The translations under genes and the position numbers were made by a program. 64,000 bases of DNA from Lepidodermella squamata (Eukaryota > Animalia > Gastrotricha): contig JBLDXI010000014.1 in assembly GCA_047495785.1 (NCBI GenBank), positions 310,001 to 374,000 of the forward strand, written 5' to 3'. Below are positions 13,551 to 23,625 of the stretch, in pieces. The notes under the pieces were generated by a model. It made no database searches. It was not told the origin of the DNA and saw nothing but the letters and a program-made list of their open reading frames with translations. Numbering within the stretch: position 1 is the stretch's first letter; each line of letters opens with the position of its first letter.

Positions 13551-13648
13551 TTATAAATACTGCGCTTTAACGATGTTTGATAAGTAAATGTTTCATTTGC
13601 CGATTCGATAGAGTTTGAATTTTTCACTTGTTTGACTTCATGGAAAAC

Positions 13649-14752
13649 ATGCGCTTTGCCATTTCCGTGGTAATAGCCATCATTGCGACTACAGCAGCGT
13701 CTCAAGGTGACGAAAGCCGACTTAAGGCCACGATATTTAATCGAAGCATCACAGCCTTCGCTTCTCATGATGCACGGCCGGTGCTGAGCTCAAGTGAATC
13801 AGTAGTTATTTCAGCAGACGTGCTGTTTTGGCGGTTCGGTGGAATCGACGAGCTGGCGCAAAGTCTTAACACTCAACTTTACTTACGTTTCAGTTGGAGC
13901 AATCCTTTCTTCTCATGGGAAGACTTACCTGAATACGATAACATTAGTATACTCCAGGTTTCAGAGTCAGAAGTCTATCTGCCTTCAATTGTTATTGCGA
14001 ATAGCGTTGATGACAGATACGCCATTATGGGCTATCAGGGCGATCGGAATTTCAAAAACGTGTTCATCGACCGTAATGGAACTGTGATGTGGCAGTCAGC
14101 CATTTCGTCCTTGATAACCGAATGTCTGCTGGACTTTAGCTACTTTCCTTTCGACGAGCAAATTTGTAAGTTAAAGCTGGAGTCTTACTTGCCATGCCGC
14201 TATGAAAAGTTCGATGCCAACCCAACATTCGAGATAATTCCTGAGAAATTCATGCCACGTAACGCCCTGTGGGAACTTACGTTTACCGAATCTAATGAAT
14301 CAGGATGCTTCAATGGGGACGACAATTTTGGTAGAATAGTTTTCAAGATGGGTTTCTCGCGAAAATATAGTCACTACGTCATAGTTTACCTGTTGCCGAG
14401 TTACTTTTTAACGGTGGTTCAATTAGGAACTTTCGCCCTGCCGGCTGAGGGAAGCGAAAGGCCTAACTTCGCTGTCACTGTCATGCTGGCTTTCGGCGTT
14501 CACATGACCATTGTTCAAGGGGCTATGCCAGCCACATCACAATTCGTGGCTCTAAAGGTTTCCCTCACTGTACAGACGGCAATTGGTGCTGTAATAACCG
14601 TTTACACGGCTTGCCTAAGCTGGGCACATCAGACTTATGGCGATTCAATCAGGAAGCTGCTTCTTCGAATCGATTTAGCAGTTTTCGTGTTCATTTCCAT
14701 TCTCAGTGTCGTCTTGAGCAGTTTGTCAATTTTGATTTCTTATTTCAGTTAG
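13649..14752 (+). CDS. Divergent Cys-loop channel subunit, subfamily A copy 2 (intronless)
   Basis: ATG at 13649 (alternative 13640) opens signal peptide MRFAISVVIAIIATTAASQG; Cys-loop CLLDFSYFPFDEQIC; GSER linker; four TM helices. Confidence 0.93.
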   Translation: MRFAISVVIAIIATTAASQGDESRLKATIFNRSITAFASHDARPVLSSSESVVISADVLFWRFGGIDELAQSLNTQLYLRFSWSNPFFSWEDLPEYDNISILQVSESEVYLPSIVIANSVDDRYAIMGYQGDRNFKNVFIDRNGTVMWQSAISSLITECLLDFSYFPFDEQICKLKLESYLPCRYEKFDANPTFEIIPEKFMPRNALWELTFTESNESGCFNGDDNFGRIVFKMGFSRKYSHYVIVYLLPSYFLTVVQLGTFALPAEGSERPNFAVTVMLAFGVHMTIVQGAMPATSQFVALKVSLTVQTAIGAVITVYTACLSWAHQTYGDSIRKLLLRIDLAVFVFISILSVVLSSLSILISYFS

Positions 14753-14921
14753 CTACACCCTTTTCTACTGCCCTTTGCCAAATAAAACATCCGAGTTGGA
14801 ATTTTTTTATGTTTGTAATCGAAAATCGATAAATTTTCCCAAGAATTCAGCAATGTAATGATTTGCCAACACAGAGTAATGTTTAGCTATCTTCTCATCA
14901 TCATTCGTTCCAAGACAAAAA

Positions 14922-16034
14922 ATGAAATTTACCCTTCCATCTTTGGCGATTTTATGTATCGGGCTCCCTATCGGATCGTTGGCTGAGCTCGATAATAAAG
15001 AAGGCCGGCTTAGAGCTGCAATCTTGAATCAAAGCCTAAATGCGAATGCCGATCAGGTGTCTCGACCCGTTTTGAACTTCAACGACACGCTTGTTGTAAC
15101 TGCAGATGTTTTGTTTTGGCGATTCGGCGGAATCGACGAATTAACGCAAACTTTGCACACTCAAGTTTACATCATGTTCTTCTGGAAAAATCCTTACGTA
15201 TCATGGGAAAACATGACTGAATTCAGTGACATGGATATTATCCAAGCTTTGGAGTCGGACATATATTTGCCAGGGATGGTTATTTCGAACAGCGTCGATG
15301 ACAGATTCGCAATTATGGGCTATCAGGGCGATCGGAATTTCCGAAACGTCTTCATAAACCGTGACGGAACTGTCCTCTGGCAACCTGCTATTTCGTCAAT
15401 AGCAACTGAGTGTTTGCTAGATTTCCGCTTCTTTCCCTTCGACAAGCAAACTTGTAATATTAAGCTGGAATCTTATAATGAATGCCAATATCAAAAGTTC
15501 GCAGACAAGCCGAAAGTTGAACTTGATCCCGATAAATTCATGCCGGACAACGCGTTGTGGGTGCTTACTTCAATTGAATCAAATACCAGTTGCTCCGAGC
15601 CACCTTACAGTAAGCTCACCTTTACGTTGAGTCTCAAGCGGAAATCAGGTTTCTACATAGTGGCCTACCTCTTGCCAAGCTATGTATTGACTGCCGTTCA
15701 GCTAGGAACCTTCGCCCTACCGCCAGATGGCAGCGAAAGAGCTAACTTCGCAATCACAGTCATGTTGGCGTTTGGGGTACACATGACTATTGTGCAACAA
15801 TGCATACCTGCTACGTCACAGTTCGTCACCCTGACGTTTTCTCTCACCCTGCAGACGGCAATTGGGGCGGCGATCGCAGTTTACGCGGCATGCCTGAGCT
15901 GGGCATATAGGAAATATGAGGGATCTCCTCGTCGGAAGCTGCTTGGTCGAATCGATCTTGGTGTTTTTGCATTTATTTCAATGTTCAGTGTAGCTTTATG
16001 CTCATTGTGCCTTATTATCTCATACTTGAACTGA
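14922..16034 (+). CDS. Divergent Cys-loop channel subunit, subfamily A copy 3 (intronless)
   Basis: Signal peptide; Cys-loop CLLDFRFFPFDKQTC; GSER linker; four TM helices; clearly paralogous to the two preceding ORFs. Confidence 0.93.
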   Translation: MKFTLPSLAILCIGLPIGSLAELDNKEGRLRAAILNQSLNANADQVSRPVLNFNDTLVVTADVLFWRFGGIDELTQTLHTQVYIMFFWKNPYVSWENMTEFSDMDIIQALESDIYLPGMVISNSVDDRFAIMGYQGDRNFRNVFINRDGTVLWQPAISSIATECLLDFRFFPFDKQTCNIKLESYNECQYQKFADKPKVELDPDKFMPDNALWVLTSIESNTSCSEPPYSKLTFTLSLKRKSGFYIVAYLLPSYVLTAVQLGTFALPPDGSERANFAITVMLAFGVHMTIVQQCIPATSQFVTLTFSLTLQTAIGAAIAVYAACLSWAYRKYEGSPRRKLLGRIDLGVFAFISMFSVALCSLCLIISYLN

Positions 16035-16387
16035 CTGACCACTATTCACCGAATAAACGGGGAAAATATACTATTGGGAAACAATTGAAACAAGTTTGAG
16101 TCAATATTTTCCATTTTTTCCTGAAAAATAAGGCCTTCCGTACGTGAATTTGCGCTTTTTTGCATGAAAAGAAGCCATATTGATATCAAATCGATGCTCT
16201 CTCAAGACAGAGGCGGTGGCAAAACTCGGCGACTGGAAGAGCAAATAAGCAGGAAAAACTAGGAATGAGTACCTATAAGTGCAGACCTGAGTAAACATCT
16301 AAACTTTTTGCAAGATTTTTTTAACGAAATCTACGTAGTAGTCAACATGTCGATTTTCATTTCAATTTCTACACAAAAGAGCTAAAA

Positions 16388-17699
16388 ATGACGGCTTCAC
16401 CCTTCAAAGCATCTTTTCTAGTCTTCCTCTACTGCGTAGGGATAAGAACAATCTTGGCAGGCAATTCAAGTGATTTTTCTATCAGCGATGACGATTCGGA
16501 TTCGATGCGAACAATGTTTTTCGAGCTTTGCCCGATAGCAAAATCAAGTAACCTTCCTGTTTCGTACCACAGGAAGATTAACAACTACTCGGTGCCAATC
16601 AAAAGTTACTTTGTTTCTAGTCTCCTCAACATCAACGAAGTCAGCGATATCGCAATGAGGTATAAAACTCAACAACTCTAATAATTATTTCCAATAATAT
16701 AACATGACATCAAAGCATGACTATTGGGATGACATTACGCATTTTCTGGGACGTCCCATGCGGAAGAGACGTGAGAAAACAGCTGATGCCGAATTTCGAA
16801 GATTATCAGCAAGAAATTCTGGATAGGGTCCAGTTCGAAATTCCCTCTGATCAAGTTTGGTGGCCAGACATGCAGCACATCAATGCTATAGGGGAATCGC
16901 GACCTTTGCGAGCGTAATAGCTTCCTTTGTTCCTTTTATTTATATAAAAAATTGATTATTATATAGAGAAAGAACGGTAAAAGTGCGACCATTTGGAATT
17001 CCTGGTCCGAAATTTTTAATTTATTGCGTGCGATCTTTTACATCGAACTGCTATCGATTCAGCTACACCAAATTCCCGTTTGATGTCGCGACTTGCACTT
17101 ACGAGTTTGAAAATGAAAATCTCAGCAATGAGGTTGATATCGATATAGGTTCAGTTAGCATTTCTGACGGCTACCATCCGCTACGAGACGACGATATTTG
17201 GAATTTTATCAGCTACAACGGAACAGTCTTCGACGCCGGGGGGTATCTCCATGTCACGTTGAGCTTAACTCTGAAGCGAAAGTACCAATACTACGTTGGA
17301 AATGTTTTCGTTCCTACCCTAACGCTATTCATCCTTCAAGTCCTATCTTTGATTATGGACCCGCATCACCCAGATCGGCCTAATTTTTGCGTAACGGTCA
17401 ATTTAGCTACGGCTGTTCTGTTAACTCTTGTATCGTCGCTGATCCCTCGGACCTCGGAAGAAGTCTACCTCATAAACATTGTCGTTAGTTTCATGGTTAT
17501 CTGTGTCATTCTTACTGGCTATGCACTCGCAGCCTGCTGTCTAAGTCGCTCGAAGCTGGCTTGCTACCTTATTGGCCAACGCAGTGGTAAGGGCGGAATC
17601 AGATTTATCCGGCTAATAGACTTACTTGTTGGGGTTCTATCATTTACTACTGGACTCGCTGTTGTTTTTCATTATGGAACGAAAATGCTGGCAAATTAG
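16388..17699 (+). CDS. Divergent Cys-loop channel subunit, subfamily B copy 1 (3 exons)
   Basis: Introns 16660-16715 and 16914-16966 (GT-AG) join three ORF-track pieces in frame; VWWPD motif; Cys-loop CYRFSYTKFPFDVATC; HPDR linker; four TM helices. Confidence 0.92.
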
Positions 17700-18097
17700 A
17701 GATGTTTCAAAAAGTTCAACATCAAGTAATAAAATTTGAGAAAAGCTCCCTTTATAGGGCGAAGCAAGCTCATCCTATATATTTACAGAGCTGCTGTCCG
17801 AAATGTCCGTGATTTCGGCCAATATGTAGGAACTTTGCTTGCGCAACTGGTTTTTGTCACATGACGAAAAACTGAATGCGTAGGTAACTGAAATCGAGGG
17901 TTCATAAAAAAAAACAATCTGCGTGGAAAGGATAAGCCAGTTAGCTGTGCGCCATTTTGGTAATTCCGGTGAAATATTTACCTACACAACCTACACACAA
18001 CCTTTCGGAGGATTTACTGGAAATAGAGATGAAATTGGCCTATATAATGACGCCATACTCGCATTTTCATGCCGAGTCGAAAAGCCAAACACAAATT

Positions 18098-19375
18098 ATG
18101 AAAGCAATCTCTGCCTTCTTTTTCACGATTGTCTCAGTGCAAATGGGCCTTGGCCAAGGAGACCTCGACTTTGATCCAAATCACTTGGAAAAGCGGTTCT
18201 TTGACTTGTGCCCTATAGCATTAGCTAGCAATCTGCCATCAGCAAATCACATGCGAACTGGCAACTTCTCACTGCCGATAAAAGCGTATTTGCAATCAAC
18301 CCTCCTCTACATTATGGAAGTCAGTGATGTTGAAATGAGGTTGTGACTATTTTCTAATATGACATAGCCATGAGTGGTGTTCGAATCGATACAGCGTGAC
18401 CATCTCAAAGGCGTTACGAGTCTTTTGGGACGTTCCGTGTGGTCGTGATATCAGGACTGACTTATGGCCAGGTTACATCAACGTCAGCGCAGCAGCTTTG
18501 GAAAGGCTTCAGTTCGAGATTCCTATAGACCAAGTTTGGTGGCCTGATATGCAGCACCTGAATGCTATAGGAGAATCTCGTCCCTTAAGATCGTAATAAT
18601 AGCTATATTATGACAGTTTATTTTCTGTTAATTGATTTTATGAAGAGAACGACTGATAAAAGTCCGGCCATTTGCGGGTCCAGATCCGAGTTTTCTGATA
18701 TACAGCGTGCGACCCTTCACGTCTAGCTGCTACCATTTCAAGTACACGAAATTCCCATTCGATGTATCAACTTGTACCTTCGAATTCGAAAATGAAAACT
18801 CCGCGAATGAAGTAGAACTAATAATAGAATCGGCCGGATTTACCAAGTCTTACTCGCCGCTTCGAGATGACGAAATTTGGAGTTATGTCAGCTACAATGG
18901 GACTGTCTTTGATACCGGCAGTTATGTTCACGTTACCTTGAGCTTGACGCTCAAACGGAAGTACCAATACTACGTCGGTAATGTGTTCGTCCCATCAATG
19001 GCCCTGTTCTTGTTGCAAGTCTCAGCCTTAATAATGGATCCTAAGCATCCTGATCGGCCTAATTTTTGTGTAACCGTGAATCTGTCCACAGCCGTTCTGT
19101 TGACCCTCGTCTTTTCGCTGATACCAAGAACTGCGGAAGAGGTATACCTGATCAACATTCTTATGAGTTTCATGATAATCTGCGTCATCCTGACAATTTA
19201 TTCTCTAATAACTCTTACGTGGAGCAAGGAAAATTTGGCTCAGGTCAGGCTGCTCAGAATCAAAGGCTTTCAAGGTATGAGACTGATTCGGCTCATCGAC
19301 ACCGCGGTTGCATCGGCAAGTTTTATCGCTGGCATGTCCATAATGCTACATTACGGCCAGCAAATGTTGTCATGA
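18098..19375 (+). CDS. Divergent Cys-loop channel subunit, subfamily B copy 2 (3 exons)
   Basis: ATG at 18098 (MKAISAFFFTIVSVQMGLG); introns 18340-18394 and 18593-18645 at the same positions as in copy 1; Cys-loop CYHFKYTKFPFDVSTC. Confidence 0.92.
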
Positions 19376-19672
19376 TGTATGGGCGTGTGTTGAAGAAATA
19401 GAGTAATTTCGCTCAAAAATCAATCAGATTCAAAATCAATTCTGAAACTCGGGCTTCGACAAAAAATGACTAAAATCTCGAGGTAGAAATCGGAAGTAAA
19501 GTTAATGAAAAAATATATGTTTCGATTGCAACATGAGGAAATTACAACAGAGTTGAAATGTTTACCTATCCTTACTCCTTTGAATGATTACACATAAACA
19601 GTGCAAATAAACCGAAATTTATTGCTTTTTGATCAGATTCACTGTTCTGCTTTTCAATCAGATCTTGCAAAA

Positions 19673-20947
19673 ATGAAGGCCTTGTATGTTTTTCAAATTC
19701 TAGTGGTCTCAACTGAGGCGTTCCTCGACCAAGATAACTTCGATTTCGATCCAAATCTTATGCGAAAGCGCTTCTTCGAATTGTGCCCTATTGCCTTAGC
19801 TAGCAATTTGCCATCAGCAAATCACGTGCGAACTGGCAATTACTCGGTGCCGATAAAAACGTATTTACAATCTACCCTTCTCTACGTAATGGACATTAGC
19901 GATGTTGAAATGAGGTAAAAATTGCCACTCATGGTATTATTTTCGGGTACACTCAGATCGTTACAGCGTGACTGTCTCAATGGCGTTACGCGTCTTTTGG
20001 GATATCCCTTGTGGCCGCGATATAAGGAATGACCTGATGCCGGGCTACAATAATATCAGCGCAGCAGCTTTGCAACGCATCCAATTTGAGGTTCCGATAG
20101 ATGAAGTTTGGTGGCCAGATATGCAACACATGAATGCAATCGGAGAGTCACGCCCTTTAAGATCGTAATCTTAGCATTTTTATACCCTTTATTCAAGGGC
20201 CGCTATTTTCATTTCAGAGAACGTTTGATTAAAGTCAGACCGTTCGTTGGTCCACAACCGAAATTTCTTCTCTATACCGTGCGACCGTTCACATCCAGCT
20301 GTAATCATTTCAAATACACGAAATTCCCTTTCGACGTCTCGACTTGTACATTCGAATTCGAGAACGAAAATTCGGCTAAAGAAGTCATAGTCATCGTCGA
20401 ATCAGCCGGCTTTACCAAGTCTTATCAGCCTCTCCGCCAGGATGAAATATGGACTTATGTCAGCTATAACGGTTCCGTTTACGATACTGGCAACTACGTC
20501 CACGTGACTTTGAGCCTGACGCTGAAAAGAAAATACCAGTACTACATCGGCAATGTCTTTGTACCCACTATCACGCTGTTTCTGCTGCAAATTTCGTCGC
20601 TAATTATGGACCCCATGTATTCGGACCGGCCAAATTTTTGTGTGACTGTGAATTTGGCTACAGCTGTTCTTCTGAGCCTCGTTTTCTCGTTGATCCCACG
20701 AACTGCGGAAGAAGTTTATCTAATCAAAATTCTCATCAGTTTCATTGTGATCTGCGCCTTTCTGACAATTTATTCTTTAACGATGCTGACCTGGAACAAA
20801 AGTGTTAAGGCTCATTTCAGGCTGTTCAGATCTAAACACTTTGAGGGTATCAGGGTGATTCGGCTCATCGACTCGTTGGTGGGATTTGCATGCTTCATCA
20901 CCGGCGTAGCAGTCATGCTTTATTACGGACAGAAAATGTTGTCTTGA
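19673..20947 (+). CDS. Divergent Cys-loop channel subunit, subfamily B copy 3 (3 exons)
   Basis: ATG at 19673 (MKALYVFQILVVSTEA); introns 19915-19966 and 20165-20217; Cys-loop CNHFKYTKFPFDVSTC; YSDR linker. Confidence 0.92.
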
Positions 20948-20985
20948 GAAAAAAATAAAACTTTTCAAAAGGGTCACGAAAAAAG

Positions 20986-21822
20986 TCAGTTCGGCGCTTC
21001 CGTAGTAGGAGGAACTATAACACACGCATAGGCTTTGTTGCGACCACCTTCGGGGCTATTTGCTTCGAATAACAGGATGCTCAAATAGTCCTGAGGGCAG
21101 CTGTAGGACTTCGTTCGAGGGTTCACTGAAAGCCCAGTCGAATAGAACCCGCCCAGCCACGGCTTCTCGCGCCGGCCTGGATCTTTGTAGCACGCATAAA
21201 TGCTAGTTTTGAAAACCGGCGAGCAGTAGTCGAAGTTGCAATTGCGAAAATTCCGCGACGTGCAAATTCCAAGCAATCGCTGGGTGCAGTCTACAGCGCA
21301 GACTCGTGGCCTGAATTTCCAGCAAGCATCCGTCATCGGATAGGTTGCTCGCAGTAGCTCGATCGTGGCGTAACCAGCTGGGCAATTCGACTTACGAGTT
21401 ACTAAATTAATCGTCGTCTGATCCGTTTCTTGGTTAGCAAGACTGCTGCAGTTGAAACCGTCCTTCACGCACCCGTCGACAGTATTTGAAGTTACTTGAA
21501 ACATTCCGCCAAATGTTCCGGCCGGATCGCCATACAGTTGGGTGCATAGTGTAAATACGGCTTTCTGGCCCTCTTCCGACGTGACATGTCCGAAATTCCA
21601 AGGGTCAAAACCATCGGGACAGGAATAGCCACCGGTCAAAGCGTTTGATCCGTCACAAGTTGGGACGCCAAGCACACTTAGGCCGCCGAAAGACGTTGTA
21701 TTAGTGTAGGCATTGTATGCCTCAGCCGGGGCCCTCGGCGGTGGGCATTGTAGTGCGACTTGGGCTTGCGAATTTGTCGCGAAGATGCCGAATATCAGAC
21801 AGAAGAGTATATTATTATGCAT
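20986..21822 (-). CDS. Secreted stand-alone MPEG1-P2/MABP-like domain protein (no MACPF domain)
   Basis: Intronless 278 aa with signal peptide; three FGG…NxxT…CPxG[FY]-type repeats that align by eye with the C-terminal third of the adjacent MACPF proteins (e.g. FTLCT…GDPAGxFGGMFQVT, IYACYKDPG…WLGGFYS…NPRT). Confidence 0.88.
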   Translation of the reverse strand: MHNNILFCLIFGIFATNSQAQVALQCPPPRAPAEAYNAYTNTTSFGGLSVLGVPTCDGSNALTGGYSCPDGFDPWNFGHVTSEEGQKAVFTLCTQLYGDPAGTFGGMFQVTSNTVDGCVKDGFNCSSLANQETDQTTINLVTRKSNCPAGYATIELLRATYPMTDACWKFRPRVCAVDCTQRLLGICTSRNFRNCNFDYCSPVFKTSIYACYKDPGRREKPWLGGFYSTGLSVNPRTKSYSCPQDYLSILLFEANSPEGGRNKAYACVIVPPTTEAPN

Positions 21823-23625
21823 TTTAATAGGGAAATTTTTATTTTAAAGTGATTTTTATCACTTTTCCTGGCTGATGAATCAAGCAGAGCTAATGGCTAG
21901 TTCACTGGGTGCATCTTCAAGTTTAAGATTTTAAATGTCGACGTAAAAATTACGACAGGGAGCTGGTAATAATCCGCATTTCGGCTAGTGGAAAACTTGT
22001 AGTAACATAATGCCAACACCTTTCTTGAGTTATTACTTACTCAGGCAAAAAATGCGACGGCGCCTGCTATAGCCATATGGACTAACATGCGTCAAAGCGT
22101 TCCACGAGATGATGTCAAGTTTTTCAACACGAAAGAACAGGGCACAAGAAAATCGGCGAATATATGAGCTTTCTGAATGTCGGCAGTTTTTTTTAACCAT
22201 ATGGCCCCTGTGCCTGCGTTACAGTTTTAACGTGAATCATATATCATATGTAATATGAATAAGGCCAATGACGAATCGCTTCCAGCGGCTTGAATCTCTT
22301 CAGAATGAGACATATACTGAAGATTTCAGAGAGAAGAGAAGGCTGTTAAAATAGCTCGTTTGCTGCGCGTGGCATCGATGAAGAATATAACGGAGCAGAA
22401 ACTGACGACTCATAGTTTTACCATGCGATGTTTTTCATACAAAGAGCAGGGAATAAGAGAAGGCAGCCAAAATCAAGAGCATTGCTTTGAAAAACATAGC
22501 TTTCCAGAGTTTTACCGTACACCCCAAACTACGCAGCCAAGCGGAACCGATCGTAGTCGGCGTTTGAATCAAGAACAGTTGTTTCAGCCTTCCAATTGGG
22601 ATTGCAATAACACGACCATTTTGTTCTATAATTGATAGTCCTCCTAATCAGCGGAAGACCTCATGAAAAACGTTTAAAGTCGAAGTTTGAACTATGGTTA
22701 CGCAACAATGGTTGAGTTTCAGTCTCTAAGGTGATGATTATATTTTAATAAAGTAGAGCAAGGTGAGAGCAAGAAGCCAAGTAGATTTTCAGCAATCCGA
22801 ACCTCAAATTAGTCCGATCAGGAATCAGGAGATGTCTCTTCAATTTTGCCCAATTCAACACTTTTTATTGTAAAATTATTAATAATTTTCAAGACTATTT
22901 GCTTGTAGTACGCTTTGGGTATCACCATATCCTATCGGGCCATGTCTAATCTTCTTTGCCAGACCTTGGGTAGGGTCCATTAGGTATATACTTGCGTTCA
23001 ATTTGAGCTGATGTGGATTCCTTCACATCTTTTTCTTGCGCCTTCTTTACTAAGTATATCTATTATCGAAACGTTGGGCATAGCCCCCAAAAATCACCTC
23101 ATCTGCACTAATATCGCAATCGCAATCCACAAGCTCACCCTGTTATATCAGTTATAGTTCTATCATGTTTGCAGAATCTTATGACAATAAAATCCTTTGT
23201 TGAATCTTTGAATCATTGAATCCTTGAGGTCTAATCGTGTAGATAGTGACGTAGAGATAGTGAAGACCGCTATGATGGCTGTTTAAGATGCAACTCAATA
23301 AAACTTACGTGGGCAGACTACCAGGGTTGTATGCCGAAATTACCAAGTCACGACAGCGCCAATGGCTAAATTTTTCAGCAGCCCACACGTGTCGTGGTGA
23401 CGTGCTCTTGTTATTTCCGTCAAACCAAATGAGGAAGGTTAACATGGATAGCTATTGAGTAAATTGAAATTATCCTGCGACCGGAAAGAACGGGCCGGAT
23501 GAAGAATGAAGACGAGTGCAAATAGATGTCAAGTTGTAAACATGGACCCTACTTAAGGAGAGGACTTTCTCGCAGAAAATATTCAGTTTCATTTTTCTGC
23601 TCATCAATTAATGATATTTGTCAGC

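Noticed and set aside
23560-23572. NF-kB-like site (GGACTTTCTC) in the MACPF promoter
   Set aside because: Imperfect match and not conserved in copies 2 and 3.
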